Shown: positions 45,596-55,219 of the stretch, piece after piece
Position numbering within the stretch: position 1 is the first letter of the stretch
Layout: every line of letters begins with the position of its first letter
Assembly: GCA_050260415.1 (NCBI GenBank)
Contig: JBLNCE010000055.1
Location: forward strand, 29,621 to 93,620
Source: Bacteroidota bacterium
Lineage (GTDB): Bacteria; Bacillota; UBA4882; JAAYXC01
Direction: 5' to 3'
Length of the DNA: 64,000 nucleotides
Position numbers and translations under genes: made by a program
Notes under the pieces: generated by a model
Databases searched by the model: none
Told to the model about the DNA's origin: nothing
Seen by the model: the letters and a program-made list of their open reading frames with translations, nothing else

Positions 45596-47911
45596 ATGAG
45601 ATTACAGAACATCCTTCAAAGTAAAAAATGGACTGTTCGATTTTATAAATATATGTTATCTTATATCTTATTCGTTGTTATCCTATTAAGTATCGTGGGC
45701 GCAGTCGTTTACAGCAGATTTATCACCACCCTGAGAAGCGAGGTAGAAACCTCTAACATTGCAGCTCTAACACAGATAAAAGCTATTATCGACTTAAGAA
45801 TCAAAGAAATGAAGAAAATTTCCCTCCAGATCTCAACCAATCCTCAGCTCACTTCCTTTTTTCTGAACAATGGGGCAGGATATGCTTCTTATTGCGCTAT
45901 AAGGGAGTTGAATGACTACCGTGCCAATAACGGATTTATTTATGACATAGCTCTTTATTATAGTAAACATTCAAATATTCATGCGGCAAGTGGTACTTAT
46001 ACCATCGATTTATTTTTTGATATTTATCAATACAACGATTGGGGTAAATCTGATTTTCTCAATACTATTAACACATTAAAATACCCATTGATGCGTCCGG
46101 TGGAATCAGTGAATTTGAACGGTTCCCACCCCACCGGATTTGCCACTTTTTTGTACCCAATACCAGTTGCTTCTACCCATCCGTACGGGGCGGTTATTTT
46201 TTTGATCGAGGAATCTGTTCTGAAAAGTATCGTCAAAGACATCTTGAAAGACTACACCGGATTAATTATCATTTTGGATCAAGAAAACCATCCCATTTTA
46301 TCAGTACCTTCTGGAGAAATAATAGATATTGAACAGAAAGTCGTGGATTTAATAAAGACCGAGGATATATCGGAACAGATCGGAAAGATGTCCATTCAAG
46401 GGAAACAGTATTCCATTGTCAAATCTGTATCCAGCTTTAATGGATGGCAATATTTAACGGTCATGCCTACCGCTCAATTCATGCAGAAGGTACGTGCTAG
46501 TTACTTAGCGTTCAACCTCACTGTTATTGGTGTTTTACTTTTGGGTATCGTGATGTCATTCTTTTTTGCCAATAACAGTTATCGACCATTGCGTAAATTG
46601 GTCGATATTCTGAGGGGTCGATCAGATGAGAGCGCCAATCAGGCATACACCGATGAAATAGCTTATATTTCCGATACTATTTTCCAAGTGACCAAAGAAA
46701 ACCAAGGCCTGATGTCAAGGCTTAAGAACAAAGCGGGCATGATAAAAGAGCAATTGTTATTGCGTTTGCTTTACGGGAGGATCCAAGCTGGGGACCAACT
46801 TGATGACATGTTGGAAATTTCCGGTATTAAGCTGACAGAACCCTATTTGGCTGTTGTTCTGTTGTTAATCGATGATTATGAGAAATTCAAAGAATCCAAT
46901 ACCCAATCAATGCAGGACATTTTAAGATTCAGTATGGTAAATACCACGGAAGAATTATGTGCGGAGATTGGGCATGGATATGGCATGGACCTAGTCGATA
47001 ATATCGGCTTAGTATTTTTGCTGAATTTACGCCACGATGATAATGAACAACTTAGAAGTTTCATCCAACGCGTGAAGATTTTTTTTAGAGACTATTTCAA
47101 TATAACACTTACGGCCGGTATCGGTAATATTTATTCAGATTTATCGTCGGTTTCGGACTCTTTCAATGAAGCTCGTACGGCCGCTTATCATAGATTGATT
47201 ATGGGTCGAGATCAAATAATATTTTATCGTGATCTCGATGACCATAACGAAACCAGATATTATTACCCGGTTGAACAGGAACAGCAACTGGTGATGGCGA
47301 TCAAGCAAGGCGACGGCGAACAGGCGCGTAAGATAATCAACCGCATTATTGGAAATCTGCGGGAACAGCATACCGCGCCAGGCACCATACAGTACGTATG
47401 GTTCGGGATCATCGTGACCATCGCCAAGATCGTAGACGAGATGGGCATCAGTACGGTGGAATGCGTGGGAGACAGAATTGAGGATTTAATGGCCCTGCAA
47501 TTCGAGACCCTGGGATCTTTAGAGGATCGGCTCGGCGTACTCTGCGTGACGGCCAGTGCATATATCGAAAAGCACAAAAAGAGCAGGAAGACCGATCTGA
47601 AAGAAAAGATCATGGCGTATGTAAGCGCCAATTACAGCGATAATAGTCTTTGTGTCGACCGGCTGGCGGAAGTTTTCGCCCTTTCGCCCTCATACATTGC
47701 AAGGTTTTTCAAGGATCAAACCGGCTACTCCCTGAAACAATACATCGATTTACGGCGCATGGACAGGATCAAGGTCCTGTTGAAGACCACCAATATGACC
47801 CTTAAAGAGATAATCGGCCAGGTCGGCTACGTCGATGAAACAAACGTCATTCGTAAGTTCAAAAAGTCCGAGGGCATAACCCCGATTCAGTATCGCACCA
47901 TCGCCAAATAG
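45596..47911 (+). CDS. Membrane-anchored sensor AraC-family regulator (YesS-like)
   Basis: Two TM helices flanking an extracytoplasmic domain; C-terminal HTH (LSPSYIARFFKDQTG...VGY....FKKSEGITP.QYR). Confidence 0.9.
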   Translation: MRLQNILQSKKWTVRFYKYMLSYILFVVILLSIVGAVVYSRFITTLRSEVETSNIAALTQIKAIIDLRIKEMKKISLQISTNPQLTSFFLNNGAGYASYCAIRELNDYRANNGFIYDIALYYSKHSNIHAASGTYTIDLFFDIYQYNDWGKSDFLNTINTLKYPLMRPVESVNLNGSHPTGFATFLYPIPVASTHPYGAVIFLIEESVLKSIVKDILKDYTGLIIILDQENHPILSVPSGEIIDIEQKVVDLIKTEDISEQIGKMSIQGKQYSIVKSVSSFNGWQYLTVMPTAQFMQKVRASYLAFNLTVIGVLLLGIVMSFFFANNSYRPLRKLVDILRGRSDESANQAYTDEIAYISDTIFQVTKENQGLMSRLKNKAGMIKEQLLLRLLYGRIQAGDQLDDMLEISGIKLTEPYLAVVLLLIDDYEKFKESNTQSMQDILRFSMVNTTEELCAEIGHGYGMDLVDNIGLVFLLNLRHDDNEQLRSFIQRVKIFFRDYFNITLTAGIGNIYSDLSSVSDSFNEARTAAYHRLIMGRDQIIFYRDLDDHNETRYYYPVEQEQQLVMAIKQGDGEQARKIINRIIGNLREQHTAPGTIQYVWFGIIVTIAKIVDEMGISTVECVGDRIEDLMALQFETLGSLEDRLGVLCVTASAYIEKHKKSRKTDLKEKIMAYVSANYSDNSLCVDRLAEVFALSPSYIARFFKDQTGYSLKQYIDLRRMDRIKVLLKTTNMTLKEIIGQVGYVDETNVIRKFKKSEGITPIQYRTIAK

Positions 47912-47984
47912 CCGATCAATGTCATAACTGCTGATAGACGCGATGGGCATCTTGGTTTAGGCTATTTAGTGGAAGCAAGCACCT

Positions 47985-48105
47985 CCGGCGTGCCGCAGGG
48001 ACAACTGAGGATGAAAATGTCCCGACCATACTCGTACTCAGCGAAGTGGAACGCGTACTCGTGATCGAGCATTCCCGGCGAGTACGAGTACATGTACGTG
48101 TACGA
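47985..48105. repeat. Family-B element (GGGACAAC...GATGAAAA plus CTCGTA/GAGTAC hexamer palindrome)
   Basis: Shared with 12388-12545 and 52545-52700. Confidence 0.7.
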
Positions 48106-48166
48106 AAGTTAAACCATGGCAAAGGTTGTTCTCAGGCTAGAATGGCTGCTTCAGGGAGTGACGTTT

Positions 48167-49603
48167 TTGAACATACTGATTATCATGTCGGACGAGCATT
48201 CCCATCAGGCGATGGGTTGCAGTGGCCATCCGATCGTTAAGACGCCGGTCTTGGATCGATTGGCCGGTGAAGGAACCATCTTTACCAACTGTTATACTCC
48301 CAGCCCCCTGTGCGTCCCCGGTAGAGCGAGTTTCTTTACCAGCCGGTATGTCCACCAACTAGGCACCTGGGATAACAGCACCCCTTACGACGGCTGCGTA
48401 AAGGGAATATCGCATTATTTGTCGGAGCAAGGCTTTTCCCTGTCGAGTTTTGGAAAATGGGATTTTCATCCGGAAGGATGCTATGAGGGTCTTGAGGCCG
48501 AGCTATTCGGGGTAAGAAAGAAGCCGGATATCGAGGCCTTGTTTCGAGAGACCGGTAGAGTGCGACCGAATACCGAGAAGCGCTTTCGCGATATGGGCGT
48601 CAGAGATAAGCTCTCCCATGACGAGCAGGTTCGGGATGCCGCCATCCGCTGGCTGCGGAACCACCACGAAGGGGAGAAGCCCTGGGTTCTCTACCTCGGT
48701 TTCACGCAGCCGCATTTTCCTTTCTACGTAAAGAAAGAGTTTTGGGATTACTATCGCGGCACTCTGAAAGAGACACCAAGTGTGGCCAAGGAGCCGTTCA
48801 CTTCCTTGAACGAACCCTTATCGGCTTTGCGCCGCCACTTCCGAGGCGATGCCGCCGATGACGAGATAATCCGGATGGCTCATGAAGGGTACTATGCGGC
48901 GATCTCGGAGTTGGATGACAACGTGGGCCGGGTCCTGGCAACCCTGGAAGAGGAAGGGTTGGCCCATGACACGCTGGTCATCTACACCAGCGATCACGGC
49001 GAACAACTCGGCCATCACGGTTTGTGGTGGAAGTGTTGCATGTTCGAGGAGTCGGTGCATGTACCCCTGATTATGAGAGGTCCCGGGATCAAAAAGGGGG
49101 GAGAGGTCGAAACGCTGGTCTCCCTCGTGGACATCTTCCCCACGCTTTGCCAGGCGTTGGCGCTGGCGGCGCCCGCGAACACGGTCGGCAGGTCGCTGTG
49201 GAATCTTGCCGTGGGGGAAGCGGATGTGGCGAGGGACGATTTCGTCTTCAGCGAATACCACGCGCACGGCATGCCGGTCGGGATGTATATGATCCGCTGG
49301 CGGAACTGGAAATACGTTCATTACGTGGGCTATCGCCCGCAGCTTTTTGACTTGGCGGGCGACCCCGAGGAATCATGCGATCTGGCGGGGCTTGAGCTAG
49401 ACAATAGTACACGGGGGGATATAATTCGGGAAGTCATGGCCGAGTGCGAAAAAAGGCTCTATTCGGTCTGCGATCCGCAAGCGGTCGACAGGAGGGCGAA
49501 AGGCTTCCAGGCCAAATTGCGAGCGGAATTCAAACTCGACGAAGACGGCGCGGGTAAGGCAAACTTGCCGGTTCCCCATCCGGAAGCGTTGCACATCCAA
49601 TAA
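48167..49603 (+). CDS. Sulfatase (choline-sulfatase-like S1), cytoplasmic
   Basis: NILIIMSDEH, PLCVPGRAS, PHFP, SDHGE, WWKC.MFEES, SEYHA. Confidence 0.92.
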   Translation: MNILIIMSDEHSHQAMGCSGHPIVKTPVLDRLAGEGTIFTNCYTPSPLCVPGRASFFTSRYVHQLGTWDNSTPYDGCVKGISHYLSEQGFSLSSFGKWDFHPEGCYEGLEAELFGVRKKPDIEALFRETGRVRPNTEKRFRDMGVRDKLSHDEQVRDAAIRWLRNHHEGEKPWVLYLGFTQPHFPFYVKKEFWDYYRGTLKETPSVAKEPFTSLNEPLSALRRHFRGDAADDEIIRMAHEGYYAAISELDDNVGRVLATLEEEGLAHDTLVIYTSDHGEQLGHHGLWWKCCMFEESVHVPLIMRGPGIKKGGEVETLVSLVDIFPTLCQALALAAPANTVGRSLWNLAVGEADVARDDFVFSEYHAHGMPVGMYMIRWRNWKYVHYVGYRPQLFDLAGDPEESCDLAGLELDNSTRGDIIREVMAECEKRLYSVCDPQAVDRRAKGFQAKLRAEFKLDEDGAGKANLPVPHPEALHIQ

Positions 49604-49646
49604 GATATCGAGGTATCGCAGAATCAATGGTAAGGAAGGGTTCTTA

Positions 49647-51275
49647 ATGTCCGCCAGGCCCAATGTTCTGATTCTCTTCACCGATCAACAGCGTTATGAC
49701 ACAATCAATGCGGCTGGTTATCCTCACATGATCACCCCTAATCTCGACAACCTCGCCGCAGAGGGTTGCCTTTACCGCAACGCGCACTCCACCAATCCGG
49801 TATGCATCCCGGCGCGCCACGACCTGCTCACCGGTTTGCCAGGCCGGGCGCACGGGTACTTCAAGAATGTCCGGCAGCCCATCAAGGATTATGGTTTGCC
49901 CACGCTGCCCAGGATCTTTTCCGAAAACGGGTACCGCACGGCCGCCATAGGGAAGATGCACTTCATTCCCGTCAGAATGCACCATGGATTCAGTGAGATG
50001 TATCTCATGGAAGAAATACCGCGGCGCAGGCAGGACGACCAATATGCCTGTTTCCTGAAGGAGCAAGGATTGGGACACATACAGAATATCCACGGCGTCA
50101 GGCCCGCCATATACAGCCTGCCGCAGAATTCCCAAATGGATGAAGCCCATCATGGATCCACGTGGGTGGCAAACAGGACGATTGAGTGGCTCAAAACCAA
50201 CGGGAACAGACCTTTCTTTGTTATGTCAAGCTGGATCCATCCGCACCCGCCGTGGGATCTGCCACAGGAGTACCACGGCCTATACAGAGGCAGAGATTTG
50301 CCTGAACCGGCTCCTGTATCGAGAAGCTATCCTTTTGCGCGTGAGAAGAGCGAATGGTACGGGGATTTTGATACGGAAGCGGAGAAACGCGCGATACGGG
50401 AGGCCTACTTTTCCGCCGTCACGATGGTGGACAAGAACATCGGCCGGGTGCTGGATCACCTTCGGGAGACGGGCCAACTGGATAATACGCTGGTCATCTT
50501 CACTTCAGACCACGGCGAAATGCTGCAGGACAAGGGGTTTTACTCGAAACCACTGCCCTATGACGGGACCGCCAGAGTGCCGTTGATCGTTAGATATCCA
50601 ATGGAATTTGGTGGGGGAACAATCAGCGAGGAATTTGCCGACCTGTTTGATGTCCTGCCCACCTGCCTGGATATATGCGGTCTGGACTATCCAGGGGATG
50701 GGGCCATTTTGCCCGGCGAATCGCTCCGTGCCCCGGGACGGGGAAGAGACAGGGAGCACCAGATCTCCGCCTCCGGGATCGATGCCGACAGGTGGATTAT
50801 GAGCCGGAACAGGCGGTACAAATACATCTACTGGTACAACCAAGGCACCGAGGAATTATACGACATGCGGGAGGATCCACGGGAGTTTGTGAACCTGATC
50901 GAAAGCGGCGGGTTCCCGCAGGCGGTCTATGAAGAACTGAGAAGAAAGGCGATGGCGTTCGAGAAGAAATGGGGCCCGGAAGGCATGATCCATGATGATG
51001 ATTTCATTGTCCTGGATGGCAAGATAAAGCCGCTAGACTCCCACGCCAAGCGCACCTTTTGGCAGAATAGGCAACTGCAGTACTTCGACGAGCGGATCGG
51101 CGAGGAAAGGGCGGCCGAGTTCATCAAGGAAATTTATCATGCCATGGAAAACGAGGGGTGCATGGGAAAGAGTCTGGAGGAAATACTCAACGACCCTGAT
51201 TTGAAGGAAGATTTCCTCGAAAATCTGAGGAAATTCGGGTTGAGTCCGGAGATGGAAGAGATGCTTTTTAAATAA
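49647..51275 (+). CDS. Sulfatase (S1), cytoplasmic, paralog A
   Basis: [30 protein letters not shown]. Confidence 0.93.
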   Translation: MSARPNVLILFTDQQRYDTINAAGYPHMITPNLDNLAAEGCLYRNAHSTNPVCIPARHDLLTGLPGRAHGYFKNVRQPIKDYGLPTLPRIFSENGYRTAAIGKMHFIPVRMHHGFSEMYLMEEIPRRRQDDQYACFLKEQGLGHIQNIHGVRPAIYSLPQNSQMDEAHHGSTWVANRTIEWLKTNGNRPFFVMSSWIHPHPPWDLPQEYHGLYRGRDLPEPAPVSRSYPFAREKSEWYGDFDTEAEKRAIREAYFSAVTMVDKNIGRVLDHLRETGQLDNTLVIFTSDHGEMLQDKGFYSKPLPYDGTARVPLIVRYPMEFGGGTISEEFADLFDVLPTCLDICGLDYPGDGAILPGESLRAPGRGRDREHQISASGIDADRWIMSRNRRYKYIYWYNQGTEELYDMREDPREFVNLIESGGFPQAVYEELRRKAMAFEKKWGPEGMIHDDDFIVLDGKIKPLDSHAKRTFWQNRQLQYFDERIGEERAAEFIKEIYHAMENEGCMGKSLEEILNDPDLKEDFLENLRKFGLSPEMEEMLFK

Positions 51276-51364
51276 GGGACCTATTCCGGCGTACGCGGAG
51301 AGATATAACAAACCGGTGAACAGATGAAAGGTAAATCATTACGGATGACACGGGAGATGTATGC

Positions 51365-52534
51365 ATGAAGGTAACGGAAGCGAAGATTTACCTCGTCGAA
51401 ATCGGCGGCCGTCATCCGGTGCTGGTCAAGGTCCTGACCGACGAAGGCATTAGCGGCGTGGGGGAGGCGGCGATTGCCTACGGGCTTGGCAAGACCGCGG
51501 CCGCGGGAATGATCAAGGACCTGGCGGAAGAAATTCTGCTCGGCAAGGACCCGTTTCGCATCGAGGCGATCTGGAGTGAGATGTACGACCACTCATTCTG
51601 GGCCAAAGGCGGCGGGCCGATCGTTTTTGCCGGCATCAGCGCGATCGAACAGGCGCTGTGGGATATAAAGGGGAAAGCGCTCGGCGTGCCCGTGTATGAA
51701 CTGCTCGGGGGCAAATTCAGGGACCGGGCCCGGGTCTATGCCAACGGATGGTCGTTCCGCTGCGTTACCCCGGACGATTACGCACGGGCGGCGGAAAAAG
51801 TGGTCGGGGACGGGTATACGGCGCTCAAGCTTTATCCCTTGGCCGCTCCGGCTCCGGGCCCCCACGGGCGGATCCGTCACGTATCCCTCCGCAGCATCGA
51901 CAAGGATTACGAAAGGGCGGTCGTGGAAAAAGTGAGGGCCGTACGCGGTGCGGTGGGGCCGGATATCGATGTCATGGTTGATATGAGCGCCGAGCTGACT
52001 ACCGACGCCGCGATCCGCATTGGGAAGCGGCTTGAGGAGATGGACCTCTGCTTTTTTGAAGAGCCGGTCGATCCTTTTGATACGGAAGCGCTGAAAAAGG
52101 TATCCGACCGCGTGGACATCCCGATTGCCGTTGGCGAAAGGCTGTATACGCGGTACGGATTCCGCCGGGTGATGGAAAACCATGTGGCCGATATCCTTCA
52201 GCCGGATATCGGGAACACGGGCGGGATCATGGAGACCAAGAAGATCGCCGCCATGGCCGAGACCTATTGCATGCGAATCCAGCCGCACAACTGCGCCAGT
52301 CCCGTCTCCACCGCCGCGGCGCTGCAGTTGGCCGCCTGTATACCGAACTTCGCCATCCAGGAGGTCTATCCGTATCGTATCCCCGAGCATTTCCAGCTAG
52401 TGGATCACGCGCCGGAACTGGAGATGAAAGACAGCTTTTTGCCGATTAGCGGCCGTCCTGGTCTGGGTGTTGAACTCGTCGAGGAGAAGGTTCGGCCGTT
52501 TTTGTGGGCTGAATGCAAATTGAAAGCTAACTAG
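51365..52534 (+). CDS. Mandelate racemase/enolase-superfamily acid-sugar dehydratase (DgoD-like)
   Basis: TDEGISGVGE, ALWDIKGK.LGVPVYELLGG, EEP, GER, QPD, PHN, PGLG. Confidence 0.88.
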   Translation: MKVTEAKIYLVEIGGRHPVLVKVLTDEGISGVGEAAIAYGLGKTAAAGMIKDLAEEILLGKDPFRIEAIWSEMYDHSFWAKGGGPIVFAGISAIEQALWDIKGKALGVPVYELLGGKFRDRARVYANGWSFRCVTPDDYARAAEKVVGDGYTALKLYPLAAPAPGPHGRIRHVSLRSIDKDYERAVVEKVRAVRGAVGPDIDVMVDMSAELTTDAAIRIGKRLEEMDLCFFEEPVDPFDTEALKKVSDRVDIPIAVGERLYTRYGFRRVMENHVADILQPDIGNTGGIMETKKIAAMAETYCMRIQPHNCASPVSTAAALQLAACIPNFAIQEVYPYRIPEHFQLVDHAPELEMKDSFLPISGRPGLGVELVEEKVRPFLWAECKLKAN

Positions 52535-52544
52535 AAGCGGTCCC

Positions 52545-52700
52545 TCCGGCATTTTACCGGGACAACAAGTAGAAGAAAACTGGCGGCCATTCGTGCTCGT
52601 CCACCCTCCGCAGTAGCATCTTGGCTGTTACATGAGTGACTACTACGGAGGACGGGTGCTCGTACTCGTAATCGTTCTCATAATCGAACACGAGCACGAT
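52545..52700. repeat. Family-B element with nested 55-bp insert
   Basis: GGGACAAC...GAAGAAAA plus CTCGTA/CTCGTT hexamers. Confidence 0.7.
52601..52655. mobile_element. 55-bp mini-MITE with 8-bp target duplication
   Basis: Ends CCACCCTCCGCAGTAG / (rc) CCGTCCTCCGTAGTAG (13/16); GTGCTCGT at 52593-52600 and 52656-52663. Confidence 0.7.
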
Positions 52701-52755
52701 GATCGGGAAACAGCAAAGAGCAATTTTCAGGTCAGCATTCAGGAGGAGCGTAGAT

Positions 52756-54087
52756 ATGAAAAGCCCAAGAATCGCCTTTATCGGCGCGGGAAGTTATGGA
52801 TTCACGTTCAAGCTCGTGGCGGACATCCTCAGCTATGACGCTTTGCGGGATTGTGAACTCAGTTTTATGGATGTAAACGGGGAAAGGCTTAACAACTTGA
52901 AGATCGTACTGGACGAGCACTTCAGGAATGTCGGGTACGCGAGAAAAGCGCTGTACACTCTGGACCTCGAAAAGGCGCTGGAAGGCGCGGATTTTGTCAT
53001 CAACTTGGTAAAGATAGGTTTCTTGGAAGCATCCGAAATCGATATGGATATTCCCAAGAAATTCGGGCTGTACCAGACGATTGGCGACACCTGCGGCGTG
53101 GGGGGTGTGTTCAGGGGTCTTCGCACGATGATTTACGACATCAAGTTGTGCCGGACGATAGAACGGGTAAGCGCGCCGGGCGCGGTCGTGCTCAATTATA
53201 CGAACCCCCAGTCGATGCTGGTCATGGCCGCCGCCGCCACCAGCAGGATCCCCTTTGTGGGCTTGTGCCACAGCGTTCAGGGAACCACGCGCCTGATCGC
53301 GAAGTATCTCGATGTTTCCTATGAAGAGCTGACATACGAAGCAGCGGGCATAAATCATATGAATTGGATCCTGAAACTGGAAAGAAACGGGGAGGATCTA
53401 TATCCCCGGTTCAGGCAGTTGGTCAAGGAGCGCGGCATATACGACAAGGAAGAGAAAGGCGACGAGATCGAACCCGGCTTCGGCGCAACGCGCCTCGATA
53501 TGCTTAACCGCGTTGGCTACATGGTGACGGAATCCAGCACGCATTTTGCCGAGTACGTGCCGTATTATCTGCGGACCCGGGATACCAGGGAAGTATATGG
53601 AATCCAGGTGGACAGATACAAGGCGAACATAGCGAGAAAGGAAAAACAATATCAAGGCTATGTCGAGAGCGCCAGGAAGGGTTCGCTACCGAAACCGGCA
53701 CGCAGTACCGAATACGGCTCGATGATAGTCAACGCCATGATGACGAACGAACCATGCAGAATCTATGCCAATGTGATGAACAAAGGTTTGATCACCAACC
53801 TGCCGGAATTCAGCGCCGTCGAAGTGGCCTGCCTCGTGGATCGGAACGGCGTGCAGCCGTGCCATTACGGCGCGTTGCCGACTCATCTCGCCGCTCTGTG
53901 CCGATCGAATATCAACGTGCATCAGCTTGCGGTGGAGGCGGTCCTGAATAAGGATCGCAAATCCGTGTATTGGGCTTTGATGATGGACCCGGCGACACAT
54001 AGCGTGCTTACCTTGGACCAGATGCAGGAAGTGGCCGATGCGTTGATCGCCAAACACCAGGAATACCTGGGTGAGTATATTAGATAG
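52756..54087 (+). CDS. GH4 NAD+-dependent glycosidase (alpha-galactosidase MelA-like)
   Basis: IGAGS, QTIGDT.G.GG.FRGLRT, NYTNP, GLCHS, AGINH, TESS.H..EYVPY. Confidence 0.92.
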   Translation: MKSPRIAFIGAGSYGFTFKLVADILSYDALRDCELSFMDVNGERLNNLKIVLDEHFRNVGYARKALYTLDLEKALEGADFVINLVKIGFLEASEIDMDIPKKFGLYQTIGDTCGVGGVFRGLRTMIYDIKLCRTIERVSAPGAVVLNYTNPQSMLVMAAAATSRIPFVGLCHSVQGTTRLIAKYLDVSYEELTYEAAGINHMNWILKLERNGEDLYPRFRQLVKERGIYDKEEKGDEIEPGFGATRLDMLNRVGYMVTESSTHFAEYVPYYLRTRDTREVYGIQVDRYKANIARKEKQYQGYVESARKGSLPKPARSTEYGSMIVNAMMTNEPCRIYANVMNKGLITNLPEFSAVEVACLVDRNGVQPCHYGALPTHLAALCRSNINVHQLAVEAVLNKDRKSVYWALMMDPATHSVLTLDQMQEVADALIAKHQEYLGEYIR

Positions 54088-54102
54088 AGGAGGCGAATCA
54101 GG

Positions 54103-55122
54103 ATGGAAAACGGATTGTTGCTGAAGGATTATCGGCCGGAAAGCACTTTGAGGGCGAAAAGAACACCCATCGGTAAGGGTAAATACCCCGTTATAGACGT
54201 ACACAACCATTTGAAAAAAGTGTTTGATCTCGATGATGTAATAAGAGTCATGGATGAAGTCGGGGTAAAGACAATCGTTAACCTGGACGGGGGCTGGGGC
54301 GAAACTCTAAGAAATAATATCGATAGACTTGACAGGAAGTATCCCGGCAGGTTCATTACCTTCTGCAACCTCGATTTTGCGCTGATCGACGATCCGGGGT
54401 TCAAGGCGCATGTCCGAAACACGATTGCGGAAGGCGTCAAATACGGTATGGGCGGCGTGAAAATCTTCAAGGAGCTCGGTCTGAAATACAGGGATGCCAA
54501 CGGCAAATTGGTCATGCCGGATGACGACCGGCTGAGAGTGATCTGGGAAACCGCAGCGGAGCAAAACGTGCCCGTACTATATCATATTGCCGACCCCCTC
54601 GCTTTTTTCCAGCCTTTGAGTGGGAGCAACGAAAGGATAGAGCAACTGACCGTGCATCCCAACTGGTCGTTTTATGGAGCCGATTTCCCCACCCGCGACG
54701 AGCTCCTTGCCTGCCAGCGCAGGATGCTTGCGAAAAACCCGCAAACGAGATTCATCCTCCCCCATATCGCCTCCAATCCGGAAGACCTGGAACATGTCTC
54801 CGAACTGCTTGATACCTACAAGAATTTCTCCGTCGATATGAGCGCGAGGGTTGGGGACCTCGGCAGGCAGCCATATACGGCCAGGAAGTTCTTGATCAAA
54901 TACGCCGACCGTATTCTTTTCGGGCTTGACGGCGGTATCGAACCACAAAGATACATCATTTGTTTTAGGTTTTTAGAGACCGACGACGAGTACTTTGATT
55001 ACCGGCAGCCGGGCCACAACATAATCAGCAGATGGATGGTCTATGGCGTGTTTCTTCCCGATGATGTCCTAAGGAAGATATATTATCAAAACGCACTGAC
55101 GGTGCTAGGGCTGCCATGCTGA
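54103..55122 (+). CDS. Amidohydrolase_2 family metallohydrolase
   Basis: IDVHNH, G.KI.K.LGL, HIADP, PHIA, DRILFG.D, LRKIYY.NA. Confidence 0.85.
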   Translation: MENGLLLKDYRPESTLRAKRTPIGKGKYPVIDVHNHLKKVFDLDDVIRVMDEVGVKTIVNLDGGWGETLRNNIDRLDRKYPGRFITFCNLDFALIDDPGFKAHVRNTIAEGVKYGMGGVKIFKELGLKYRDANGKLVMPDDDRLRVIWETAAEQNVPVLYHIADPLAFFQPLSGSNERIEQLTVHPNWSFYGADFPTRDELLACQRRMLAKNPQTRFILPHIASNPEDLEHVSELLDTYKNFSVDMSARVGDLGRQPYTARKFLIKYADRILFGLDGGIEPQRYIICFRFLETDDEYFDYRQPGHNIISRWMVYGVFLPDDVLRKIYYQNALTVLGLPC

Positions 55123-55219
55123 AATGGGTAGGGGCCTTCCTCCAACCGTTCGCTATTCTCAAAAGGCTCAGTTCGGGATGTGGGAGGCAAAATGAGCCGC
55201 TCAAAAAGGGGGATGTTTC

